The position numbers and the translations under genes are program-made. A DNA stretch of 64,000 bases from Clostridiales bacterium (GTDB lineage: Bacteria; Bacillota; Clostridia; Christensenellales; UBA1242), in contig SVHV01000001.1 of assembly GCA_015055605.1 (NCBI GenBank), positions 513,999 through 577,998 of the forward strand, in the 5' to 3' direction. The notes beneath the pieces are model-generated. The model saw nothing but the letters and a program-made list of their open reading frames with translations, made no database searches and was not told the origin of the DNA. Each line of letters begins with the position of its first letter. Position 1 is the first letter of the stretch. Shown piece after piece: positions 35,801-39,834 of this stretch.

Positions 35801-36984
35801 GGATATTCATTATGTACAATCCTAAACTCATGCTTATAAATACCAGATTTCATTGCATGAACTTTAAAATGGTTTTTTCCGGTTTCAGGAACTAATAATA
35901 CAGGTAATCCATCAGCTGTAGGATCTGCCTCAACATGGAAGTTCTCTGATAAATAGAAATTCAACTCTCTCTCGATATAATACTCAAGTGAAGAAGTAAA
36001 TATAGAATCTTCAAAACTAGGGTCAATAAGAACAATCTCATACTCCCCACTTTCACTAACAGGTAAAATAAATTCTGAAGAATCTCCCCTCTGAGCATTC
36101 ATATTAACTTCAATTTCTTCACAAGGCTCGATAACTGGAATAACAATAAATCTATCTAAATACTCTTTCTCTTGAGCAAAATAGAAACTTGCTTTTAGAA
36201 TAACAACTTCTTGCTGAACAGATTCCCCACCCATACTAGCAGAAATGGTTCTAGTAGGATAAGCAATCTTTGTAGGCACTCCTGCTTCGTTTCTGTATGT
36301 ATCAAAAGTAGAAAGCACACCATCAACAAGACTAGCATATTGTTTGCCATCATTAAGATATGCAAAGTTGCCACCATCTACCCAACCTTCAACAAAGTGT
36401 GTAACACCATCACCAGCAACCTCAAGAGGTGCTACTTCTAGTTTAATATCCCTTTGTGTTGTTTCTGCAGGATAAAATTCTATAAAATCATCAACATTTT
36501 TAAGGGAAAGAGTTCCTCCTTTACCTACAACTTTCAAAGCGTCTTCTTTAAAGTCGAAATTCTCAAGAGCTAAGTCAATATTGAAATTAACCAACTTGGA
36601 AATATTACCCTCGTTTGTTGTAATTCTCAAAGAAAACTTACCGGTATTAGCAAAAGAATTAGCCTTAACGATAACAGATGTTAGCCCTGTTCTAGGATCA
36701 AACTGAGCTGTTGTAGTTACAAAGCCCTGTCCATCACTAATAGAAACACCTCTATCCGTTTCGGCATCATCATCATCAACCTGCACCAGTAATACAACCT
36801 GTTCGTAATTATATGTACCATCGGTTGACTTCTTGATGTTTAAGTTAATAACCTCACCATCTTTTAGTGCTGTGTCGTTACAGTAAACCACTAATGACAT
36901 GTTTTCATAAGGCGAAGAACCACATGCCCAAAATCCGATTATTGAACACAACAATAAACATAGTAATAAAAGTTTTCTTCTCAT
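20869..36984 (-). CDS. Giant surface lipoprotein B (~5,371 aa): Ig-like arrays plus four beta-helix/GLUG-type cassettes
   Basis: The track ORF is 20869..37098, but its first codon is a TTG lying inside the promoter -35 element. GGAG (36996-36993) sits 8 nt before ATG 36984 (alternative ATG at 36990). That start gives MRRKLLLLCLLLCSIIGFWA|CGSS, a lipoprotein-type leader. The body has BIG2-like Ig segments (e.g. EGVATIEIRSYLDKTIKTSITVKVIN). It also has more than a dozen GG[LIVM][VIAL]G turns (IGGVVGI, FGGVIGQ, VGGLVGV, VGGIAGA, AGGIVGE, MGGVVGL, VGGLLGS, MGGLIGH), typical of GLUG-motif beta-helix proteins (Pfam GLUG family, from memory). A TAG stop is followed by a terminator. Confidence 0.9.
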   Translation of the reverse strand: MRRKLLLLCLLLCSIIGFWACGSSPYENMSLVVYCNDTALKDGEVINLNIKKSTDGTYNYEQVVLLVQVDDDDAETDRGVSISDGQGFVTTTAQFDPRTGLTSVIVKANSFANTGKFSLRITTNEGNISKLVNFNIDLALENFDFKEDALKVVGKGGTLSLKNVDDFIEFYPAETTQRDIKLEVAPLEVAGDGVTHFVEGWVDGGNFAYLNDGKQYASLVDGVLSTFDTYRNEAGVPTKIAYPTRTISASMGGESVQQEVVILKASFYFAQEKEYLDRFIVIPVIEPCEEIEVNMNAQRGDSSEFILPVSESGEYEIVLIDPSFEDSIFTSSLEYYIERELNFYLSENFHVEADPTADGLPVLLVPETGKNHFKVHAMKSGIYKHEFRIVHNEYPHLFDQRVTVKFIVQDLPTDILINGSQSTPYFTIYDFYANSKGQRIDVDLNTKVGDYKYYVFCRDYEDILNVNLNTARSTENLVFANFSPATSLLSSTVEGKNYTKFNPTDSFYLSHSFTTLPSTSVPLGVGVSINLCGESYYSVYTESELGAAFYNLLMSKTFYVTFEMGLRSFEFVNKDFHIDLTNSDYIEGSDPSKGVVLCTLPEGQNIESCISTLEYDKSLITITEYTPNERHACTSIIAKCNDDRKEGMTKVRMVAKNGVVGNVNITTYMPTIYSHHTPEAPVPISITVNEKSSGYLYRVSGRSDYEDYAAHSDMLIMSNNMGILGSYDSVKTLFGIVGKTIDISFYDFTYIDNILEPYDITNKVRISFNNDGYVTYNNGVLSLHRLVVDKATPIIMTVRYTGGYETLDGDNNPVYAEVIVEHQVYIYIYNPLQGVNILSEKSANLYVYDSLSYFDRTEPEQGSSATRDLSKNLIRASFSPSENNLGAIWNTQFGDYQPLTLWYDCRMLNEAVKDKNGRPVVIQSNLSGADYELTYGDLFEVIPASVPETLIYTCEVRCKLSIELIEWIEAYYGGISPLNYKIQSFLDNYIMGKDYSIVVNVYANQFERLTNINTLNYTCCYASKINSLKLNIDDDGVYFDIRDGQQHKVIEYTIDNADCINKEMIIIGGTTNHYITTIEYGSGATGKIIIDTYDNMLNGELYELTIIPKDNVSNYSLASGYTFYNDALNQTIRVKVADGSKALPFEIKSNIDLKDMFADIEAANTALPTDTKSRYYYYVLARDLNLYGEVLPILDVLKQDKGIFSLSGKHTYSRNGEEISTYNRIYNLNINKVLNRVSNEMFIGLFGKIGKAVSIDNLAILNSRISLASSTDIVDSNNIHVGILAGRIEGSDITSLSVSGSIRTQMTAPNVSLFIGGMVGSDTADGGSIKNRPESAIAGMAATSNNVMIEIDLGGTIDSQVVGGVIGKLTTLNVQTLQVVSTIRSKVIANTENIGGVVGIMDADGKTISGLQVSPVIAVETRGSEVGNFGGVIGQLNAGALTNSKVYFVNLGDDYSQKEKINIYVTGMVETNVGGLVGVLSGDEDKTIRYSYVRSFYNSDIKKGNYAGNIVVTNCEEASVGGIAGALVANAAKNSSAIVVMSSYYDGDIMVDATKQIEITDDETLETNIYPASTGLLFGSVGMGLITNSYGVGKLYYNLTTKTTDSREDPAVVSETVEFVASTTIEPVNGFVGGFEYLLPNDELLGVAYSSAIVNDIIFNDVYAVVNDLGHYIANASVVSYIDSMQKIIDDAVAADTLSLFRKLGYQLTTGEQDGSMTAQDYAWFYHEKINLAGGNAYPILLSANGLAMYDLVPTGIGIIVNEENKNVFDISYTDELTVRHNQMIMFVKKTAQGVYSEDFYEIMVENSEGSDKATIKVTFNGETIDTYLVDIEIDDQIEILLKNNNSVLELVNNRVYPRKEGVATIEIRSYLDKTIKTSITVKVINSVDTIKMYDIVDTNKIEMIPEIPAGTNDNRRIVYIDELSNFEIAAIDSEGYLSTKDIGYILEILPYDAAEPLANNGAIKLDGKLYKYIDGDNNTYLLDGDSVMKATGETIGYVRFKLTPYLKLADIYHEDVYTTANGTEISFQNAEKTGTNVYILNKAKLDIANEYVIIVNARAIGVDNDTKTAGISSKNGFEIISTVETSNVIMNDFGGGDVRYSLLEDVYLDVGLSGSKINYANLKIIELEGLSVPVDETYYFNDGTNITPYLFKYELINIYVHGFDIESTDVNVDSRPNTYKIFIKMTVTFDKEFYRANANKYDLNSVKFDINVIPHSNFMLDAVNGYAPYALKNSAVIDTTLVKITPASLTDIFMNYYTRGEGLLGNTENTYPNDNESNFIVPGRDGLLKITLAEEFNNSSYVTVTLDKKYAGYVKLEQMAGVMVGAGDGSATEFNDYASLDFVDPVETSDYFGLRLQKLTCNSSTESYFNNTYYVKVTLAQATDYSDFISPDPQYDYNPVVEIKVTSYTIQTDGNVKETLDEPKYKVLTIAELPSLIAQIDGSSTLYMGVGVKKAIDIRYKGLTNDIMLSSSSEYLFVVDDTGERVASLSIEYLDEGRIYYLCLAVDAYSELDTVDIYTLTMTGEEYVWGVLETTKAELWISPVEFEISGVTLQDSNYNPETGETELTINHGQSVILRLNFEYADIEVALDTELDANGKNRLIQEHIARLETYYKYGNVGETFSPKQLVEYAIAGTTVTEIVGGVETILTRGILNLYKVTYRGNEEVLTSISNVGVHGGIEILTDIYRSSYDPDNIDPVIEILYTLLRGVSISSDSLLRMSVPYHYEEGRAVPGPSNNGIYYDDYIQFRVVVKDNSSDTHPTPIENQADLKAYAGTTGHYILVNNIVLEEWEPIPVSFDSLDGNGYSIIIKSFNMSNIRTTTDVNAGIFTTVGVNTLLKNLIIDVSHILTDETTMINNANIVNNSTADKYVHDQAGVIDLTFVTTLNFGILAGTNEGSITNAKVVNTKAFNTAVSTNKYLHVLTSQIDKDGNLTTSNIGGLVGVNATTGAISNSFLGTNISNQQVVTVAPSVTELRSYITTVTSPDSIEYHNRYDEMTEVQVHPFVIAGANNIAGVAMRNDGTISNTYAKGLGVYNTYPAVTNSITAGLVGTNNNIITSCFVEGAEIVDYRATGRYPGETDRKDTIEAIGNVGGLVFTNNKTIKNSYANVYLETQSSFIAGFVFTNNGNISSSYSTSVNRNNLAYGQFTGVLQRVVQNFGTYDNCYYLVDIGEEKNEKEAATPVYIEFFDASQTSQLSDFWSGFSFASQSGANEEDGIWTIRDGLPKIVTTLTDTNSFRILDQIEEISDEDGIIQFQQYSYLYDSAYQEGTKGNPLVIESAKYFDAKIINRGRAVGSEYIFGAVSSRDILDIISAVEYVRLVNNLDFSSITTSNKVEGKYLYETIFAGKLDGNGMSMNNLHIDTDSTQLENFGIFKQVGVDTSMSTSQTVIKNLTMTLSSYNSNNNSRAGVLAGTIRNATITNVAINGNGVSISATNMAGALAGVIIADGQSKVSIVDVLIENITVSAEYSSIGGEIDGFTTDESFGRYKTFNILNRENNTRDSKSFASLKIETDVNNVVSIKDANKVSYAGAVAGVLIANNLDDLAKNSIDINDYRTLSSACSIDNILVKNAITIKTADNAGGLFGYLSENSRIKNCKFELGSSVQLIKSWNFAGGIVGENHGVIEQCFVAHAEAEQDELDATITNNVDRDNGTINLFSMSDGNFYNVAVGGIAGYSKNGAIIDSYTKANVIQPLAFIAGGVVGYADGSNYIGFTYSTGAVYARTVMGGVVGLQVSEEYSLSSDILYMNTVVGLNDWQTYRDNISLILYNNYKSLYVNETGYDNFYLKMPEVGNQNIDLFLTYNVVGSDKYVNGYEESHLEDYNLDIAQLETFYLTGVTIDQMDANTDGQVSNDERQAYLKEQVLGVVGSLSTAEYEKKLKEKYISEHIYNIPEKYTISHSKVYVGSVVGLSYIFPTSSDEDREEFLYSSDLDALYANQNNINHVFSSTYGLYSQEGKGTLENGDRNDTYFGETFDLSVGAEQNAKLYSYRIPYLDSDIEYNDVELAFMVANSSDYLDRVAFSRIFTGQEYTEQLTGVFYRVLPGDLSYSRTFNIFKGYSDDRYKSANVDNRVFVEETIQPMWEIDAVLPKINDGTLISVEYLYAEEDSNKLNNILNSSTNDKTYYLVAGTKAEKDAYKNNHNLYDAGTVKEFVIEMSDAASIKYVATVRSVFVGESVNISGSQVRPTIVFKIASNTLSTVFNFISGASFTNLDIVVRVENTNNNLSLSNKDYADFGVLANTVENVTIDNCTITLEFSGTSQKPTFDSKVPGTGADGTYNAVNSGLLFGSISNSTIKNSTFSVVVNSQEIVINNENIESLGLIAGSVYRTKFTDNTFHIKGNGNSVVKLTIEKISKRTSYIGGVIGTLNNSTYNNNRVKGSGTAVEYAQTIQVTDKTMGVYDPLVSANTQAMNKSISGLFGYAYNSNVKLSALSSSYFETMKLKYMHTSNVEVADIVNLGAVAGVSKNTKYVGIQLIDYIKEGYSETTLIEVDSIIELAELSVGAIIGRDLNASQVGELVDDSIIGNASKLLVVGKAKSMFVGGLVGKADESTKAYNAYNTADINVKNISVGTKTPVYEEDGITQKLDGNGQYVFTYEYVYTYVGGLLGSASGKATFEGVLSSGALTILGSSHRTVPETIYYAMGGLIGHISFSCDLSKFAVLSDFKFGSGFIGKLQNTYVSGIIGYNRGTFNGNNGYTYCMFNFDTKTASSYYTNVITSATTNNSVNTINNVFYAQEFIGNNYTTDSKFVGFAIGDIYNSVSYYAALHDISMTTKLANIKVVNSVGTEASANVFLPVVSSLRNVPIRVPVDNVSDGYSRFKVKSLIANADNTATYAGEKYAVVQSNMVIAEISQLQSDSYISGKTVYNGKVRVSLGHSPDSVEAGYLVDINKGVISNIYLATAKQNPTNASQMQELNVSLVDRNEGLITNVYVYERTKSQYGFARENSGRIYQSATANVYLGDQFEIYAFAMINTGHIYDCYSASAGYTENNNKTTDVYLVKDNGFNYLDPTEGTLLNCFYYIPEMIEFDNVQKGYYKKNVVKEAGVDVDKTIKGIVTSCDKKMIPTFTVARTSIWTTENDHAQIRGMKDIAGAMVMHIYYQTGTSLTGTSTDINYVTSFRSNMTTSNYLFTYKIHFYETTTPKYNVIRIVKGEDLVEYITSLATQNYYIPHNTVVAILNNIEVNPELLPKFSLNSSAMIVGLYHEVWELDGDDYTCTAVNNKPIIDFVKGDKKDMLVYNNQGVMANIIFRRVSIVYDEQDTFFAPIYFNNYGAKINGIQLGYRATGVEDDVGIKVWAPYCKYVIGFVAGNRGNISNIQLYDLNIDALNYYTIFIHTNYAGASGKYNLKIDNLTTYDRLYNGYRSCNS
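22850..24480 (-). repeat. Protein B beta-helix/GLUG cassette 4 (approximate bounds)
   Basis: PTIVFKIASNTLSTVFNFIS (24361-24420), then IGGVIGT, VGGLVGK, VGGLLGS, MGGLIGH (around 23041-23060), SGIIGYNRG. Confidence 0.45.
25740..27060 (-). repeat. Protein B beta-helix/GLUG cassette 3 (approximate bounds)
   Basis: Head DILDIISAVEYVRLVNNLDF (27001-27060) and TIFAGKLDGNGMSM (around 26921-26931). Last turn MGGVVGLQVSEEYSLSSDIL (25741-25800). Confidence 0.55.
27300..28650 (-). repeat. Protein B beta-helix/GLUG cassette 2 (approximate bounds)
   Basis: Head GHYILVNNIVLEEWEPIPVSFDSLDGNGYS hand-checked at 28561-28650. Tail SQSGANEEDGIWTIRDGLPK hand-checked at 27301-27360. Confidence 0.55.
32200..33450 (-). 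repeat. Protein B beta-helix/GLUG cassette 1 (approximate bounds)
   Basis: From ..YYYYVLARDLNLYGE..NRIYNLNINK (33301-33318 checked) through FIGLFGKIG, IGGMVGS, VGGVIGK, IGGVVGI, FGGVIGQ, VGGLVGV, VGGIAGA to SYGVGKLYYNL (32161-32220 checked). Confidence 0.5.
36922..36984 (-). other. Lipoprotein-type signal peptide of protein B (MRRKLLLLCLLLCSIIGFWA|CGSS)
   Basis: RRK n-region, a Leu-rich core, and Cys followed by GS as in protein A. The -2 Trp is atypical for a strict lipobox, so SPase II processing is inferred, not certain. Confidence 0.55.
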
Positions 36985-37069
36985 TTCCATTTCTCCATCT
37001 AGTATTTTTATTATAACTAAAACGATAAAAAATATTGTATAATATATAATATAATAATAGTTCGATATT

Positions 37070-37098
37070 AGTTTATTTTCTTTATAGTATTTTGTCAA
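37070..37098 (-). promoter_or_regulatory. Candidate sigma-A promoter of giant gene B (TTGACA-17-TAAACT)
   Basis: The minus strand reads TTGACA (37098-37093), a 17-nt spacer, then TAAACT (37075-37070). This is about 85 nt upstream of ATG 36984. The -10 is only moderate. Confidence 0.4.
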
Positions 37099-37164
37099 AT
37101 AAATATAACATCTTTCGATAAGATATTTTAAAATTTTATAATTTTTTCTATTCTAAATAAATAA

Positions 37165-37193
37165 TTGAAAAGTGCTAACATATATGATACAAT
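37165..37193 (+). promoter_or_regulatory. Sigma-A promoter of the ttcA-like gene (TTGAAA-17-TACAAT with TGn)
   Basis: TTGAAA at 37165-37170, a 17-nt spacer ending in tga, TACAAT at 37188-37193. AAGGA RBS lies before ATG 37223. Confidence 0.55.
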
Positions 37194-37222
37194 GGACTTA
37201 TTAAAAATTTAAGGAAATAATT

Positions 37223-37969
37223 ATGCAAAAAGTTCTTAGTCACCTACGCAGAGCCGTAGAAGAATATAATCTAATAGAAGATGGCGACAAGATTGCTGTT
37301 GGAGTTTCAGGGGGAAAAGACTCATTAGTTTTATTAAAGGCACTAGCAAATTACGCTATTTTTTCGCCAAAAAAATTCTCTATTGTAGCCATTACAATAG
37401 ACATGTTCGCAGGCAAAAGCGACTTTAGCGAAATACAGAAACTATGTGATGAAATTGGCTGTGAATACCACATATTCCCCTCTGACATATATGAAATAGT
37501 GTTCGTTGAGAGAAAAGAAAGCAATCCTTGTAGTTTGTGCGCTAAATTAAGAAGAGGAATGCTAAATACAAAAGCCATTGAGCTAGGCTGTAACAAACTT
37601 GCACTAGGACACTCTGCAGATGATGTTATTCACACATTCTTACTTAGTTTATTCTATGAAGGCAGACTAAGCACATTCTTACCTAAATTATATATGGATA
37701 GAACAGGAATGACGGTTATCAGACCCCTCATTCTTACAGATGAAAAATATATTAAATCTGTAGCCAAAAGCCTCCCTGTCCAAAAATCAAAGTGCCCAGT
37801 CGACAGATTAACAAAGAGAGAGTATGTAAAGGATGTGATAAAAGACATACAAAAAGAAATACCTTTCGTAAAAGATAGAATATTCTCAGCACTTACTCAT
37901 CCTGAGAGATACAACCTCTTTGACAGAGCATACGAAGATGATGTTTATTGGAAAAAAAATAACAAATAA
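37223..37969 (+). CDS. ttcA: PP-loop ATPase, TtcA-family tRNA thiolation enzyme
   Basis: GVSGGKDS PP-loop, CSLCAKLRRG and KCPV Cys motifs, LALGHSADD; 248 aa is the typical TtcA size. Confidence 0.8.
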   Translation: MQKVLSHLRRAVEEYNLIEDGDKIAVGVSGGKDSLVLLKALANYAIFSPKKFSIVAITIDMFAGKSDFSEIQKLCDEIGCEYHIFPSDIYEIVFVERKESNPCSLCAKLRRGMLNTKAIELGCNKLALGHSADDVIHTFLLSLFYEGRLSTFLPKLYMDRTGMTVIRPLILTDEKYIKSVAKSLPVQKSKCPVDRLTKREYVKDVIKDIQKEIPFVKDRIFSALTHPERYNLFDRAYEDDVYWKKNNK

Positions 37970-37972
37970 ATT

Positions 37973-37996
37973 ATCCCTAATAATAGGGATTTTTTA
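37973..37996 (+). terminator. Rho-independent terminator after ttcA
   Basis: Stem atcccta / tagggat (37973-37979 / 37984-37990), 4-nt loop, then TTTTT. Confidence 0.6.
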
Positions 37997-38025
37997 TTTG
38001 TTTGAATAGTAGTATACACACTAAC

Positions 38026-38271
38026 TTATAACCTTTTTAAAAAGAGGTATTTTTCTCTCGTTGCCATACCTCCCCTTAAGTGTCTCTCTGACAGATTCTT
38101 ATTAATAACTTGATACACACGATAATAAAGAAATTTATTAATACTTTTTAGTTTTTTAGAAATATCATTATGGACAGTGCTTTTACTAATATGAAAATTT
38201 TTAGCACACTCTCTAATAGTACAATTATTATCAATAATATATATTGCAAAATACTCTGCTCTCGTTTTCAT
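38026..38271 (-). CDS. spoIIID: Sporulation transcriptional regulator SpoIIID
   Basis: 81 aa. ISKSTVHNDISKKL and ERHLRGGMATREKY match the SpoIIID signature as I remember it from B. subtilis (VSKSTVHKD..., RHLRGGEAT). Confidence 0.85.
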   Translation of the reverse strand: MKTRAEYFAIYIIDNNCTIRECAKNFHISKSTVHNDISKKLKSINKFLYYRVYQVINKNLSERHLRGGMATREKYLFLKRL

Positions 38272-38302
38272 ACTAACCCCTTACATCAAAGATTGATATA
38301 AG

Positions 38303-38331
38303 AAGTTATGACAAAAACTATAAAAATATGA
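38303..38331 (-). promoter_or_regulatory. Sigma-E-type (mother-cell) promoter candidate for spoIIID
   Basis: The minus strand reads TCATATT (38331-38325), a 14-nt spacer, then CATAACTT (38310-38303). The B. subtilis sigma-E consensus as I remember it is TCATATT / CATACA-T. AAGGGG RBS lies before ATG 38271. Confidence 0.45.
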
Positions 38332-38342
38332 CATTTAATAAC

Positions 38343-38376
38343 AAAAAAAGATATAGAACTCAACCTATATCTTTTT
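38343..38376 (-). terminator. Rho-independent terminator after acpP
   Basis: Stem aaagatatag / ctatatcttt (38347-38374) with an 8-nt loop. An A-run on the plus strand gives a U-tract on the minus strand. Confidence 0.6.
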
Positions 38377-38381
38377 ATTTA

Positions 38382-38618
38382 TTACTTCTTTTTTGATTTA
38401 GCATCAATAAGATTAACAATATCACCTACTGTTTTTAATGCAACACTTTCCTCATCAGAAACAGTGATATTAAATTCATCTTCTAAAGTCATAAGCATCT
38501 CAACAACATCTAGTGAATCAGCACCTAAATCATCAATAACTTTACTCTCCATAGTAACTTTATCTTCACTGATATTTAATTGCTCACAAAGTAATTTTTT
38601 AACTTTATCAAAAGACAT
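38382..38618 (-). CDS. acpP: Acyl carrier protein
   Basis: 78 aa. DLGADSLDVVEMLMTLEDEF contains the phosphopantetheine Ser (DSL) motif. GAGGTG RBS. Confidence 0.9.
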   Translation of the reverse strand: MSFDKVKKLLCEQLNISEDKVTMESKVIDDLGADSLDVVEMLMTLEDEFNITVSDEESVALKTVGDIVNLIDAKSKKK

Positions 38619-38701
38619 AACAACACCTCTAAATACTTTAAATATGTCTATATTTTATCAACTTTATAAAAAAGTGTAAAGTAAATTTAATAATATTAGA
38701 C

Positions 38702-39289
38702 CTATTTATTAGAGATATTTAGATAAGCTGAAGGGTCAATTTTTTCTCCATCTTCCAACATAGCAAAATGCAAATGTGCCCCAGCAGAAGTTTCACTCGT
38801 TGCAGATGCAGACACCATACCTAGTTCATCTCCCCTAGAAACCTTATCGCCAACACTAACCAAAACACCCTCATCTAATGAGCCATAGGAACTAATAAGT
38901 CCGTCAGTATGTTCAACCACAACTACAGTCCCCTCTAAAATATTTGTATAAATATCTTTTACCGTACCATCTAAAATAGCAAATACCTTACTGCCAGTAG
39001 CCACCTGAAAATCTATTGCCTTATGAGTCTCCCACTGATTAAGTGTTTCATTAAAACAAAGAGAATCACCATAATACCCTTTATAAACTGAAGCATTAGC
39101 AACTGGCATAAAAGGTGTCACTGCAGAATTAGTAGGTACACTACTATCAGACTCATCTACTTGCTTACCACTAACAGAAACAGCAACAATAGTTATGATT
39201 AAACCCAAAAGTAATACACCTAATAAAAAGTAGTATCCGTATTTTTTAAGTACAAACGCCATCCTTTGTTTAATAGTTAATTTTTCCAT
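38702..39289 (-). CDS. Membrane-anchored M23/LytM peptidase, SpoIIQ-like
   Basis: The track ORF starts at 39301, but GGAGG overlaps that ATG and sits 5 nt before ATG 39289 (MEKLTIKQ...). N-terminal TM segment (YYFLLGVLLLGLIITIVAVSV). LytM motifs HKAIDF (HxxxD) and GAHLHF (HxH). Neighbour of spoIIID. Confidence 0.75.
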   Translation of the reverse strand: MEKLTIKQRMAFVLKKYGYYFLLGVLLLGLIITIVAVSVSGKQVDESDSSVPTNSAVTPFMPVANASVYKGYYGDSLCFNETLNQWETHKAIDFQVATGSKVFAILDGTVKDIYTNILEGTVVVVEHTDGLISSYGSLDEGVLVSVGDKVSRGDELGMVSASATSETSAGAHLHFAMLEDGEKIDPSAYLNISNK

Positions 39290-39349
39290 AAAAACCTCCA
39301 TAAGTTACTAACAGATTATGAGCAAAAATTTCTTACCTTATACATTTTT

Positions 39350-39694
39350 TTAAAAACTTCCTTTTATCAGAGGTGTCCCTAATATTATTGAATCACCATA
39401 TATAGACAATTGAATATTTACCCTTAAATTATTAAGTAAAAAATGGTCTTTGATATCACTAGAATATCCCTCTATAACAACCCTTCCAGACACATATTTT
39501 TTTGATACAATTTCAACATTAAAAATATCTAAAATCTCATCAATATTTTGTCCATCAATACAAATATCTCCCGTATCTAAAACGCTATATTTTATATCAT
39601 AATTATTAAGTAAAACAGACTCTATATTCATACTAGAAAAACACTTAAGTAAACCAAGACATAACAACACCACAATACAACAAAACCTTTTCAT
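39350..39694 (-). CDS. Small secreted protein, possibly YwmB/DUF1779-like
   Basis: The track ORF starts at a TTG (39721). ATG 39694 with a GAGG RBS gives MKRFCCIVVLLCLGLLKCFSS, a signal peptide. The C-terminal ..VNIQLSIYGDSIILGTPLIKGSF loosely resembles the YwmB-family end. Family assignment is weak. Confidence 0.45.
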   Translation of the reverse strand: MKRFCCIVVLLCLGLLKCFSSMNIESVLLNNYDIKYSVLDTGDICIDGQNIDEILDIFNVEIVSKKYVSGRVVIEGYSSDIKDHFLLNNLRVNIQLSIYGDSIILGTPLIKGSF

Positions 39695-39834
39695 AAACAC
39701 CTCATAATAATATTTTTGCAAAATTTACATAAAATAAATTCACACCAAAAATAGATACATAATATCAAAATATTGTCATTATAATATATGTTTTTGACAT
39801 TATCTCAATATAAATACGCAAAATAAAACCAACA

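Noticed and set aside
21019-36441. About 20 short ORFs on both strands nested in gene B (e.g. 26765..27181+, 32951..33310+, 24012..24236-)
   Set aside because: They are alternative-frame or antisense shadows of the 16-kb coding frame, with low-complexity translations and no independent expression signals.
1-36984. The idea that A and B are one gene split by a mutation (pseudogene)
   Set aside because: B ends in a stop followed by a strong terminator. A has its own promoter, RBS and a complete lipoprotein signal peptide, so these are two bona fide genes.
36985-37098. 38-codon N-terminal extension of giant ORF B in the track (MTKYYKENKLISNYYYIIYYTIFF...)
   Set aside because: It starts at a TTG that is itself part of the TTGACA -35 box and translates AT-rich promoter/leader sequence. 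The GGAG RBS and the lipoprotein leader begin at ATG 36984/36990.
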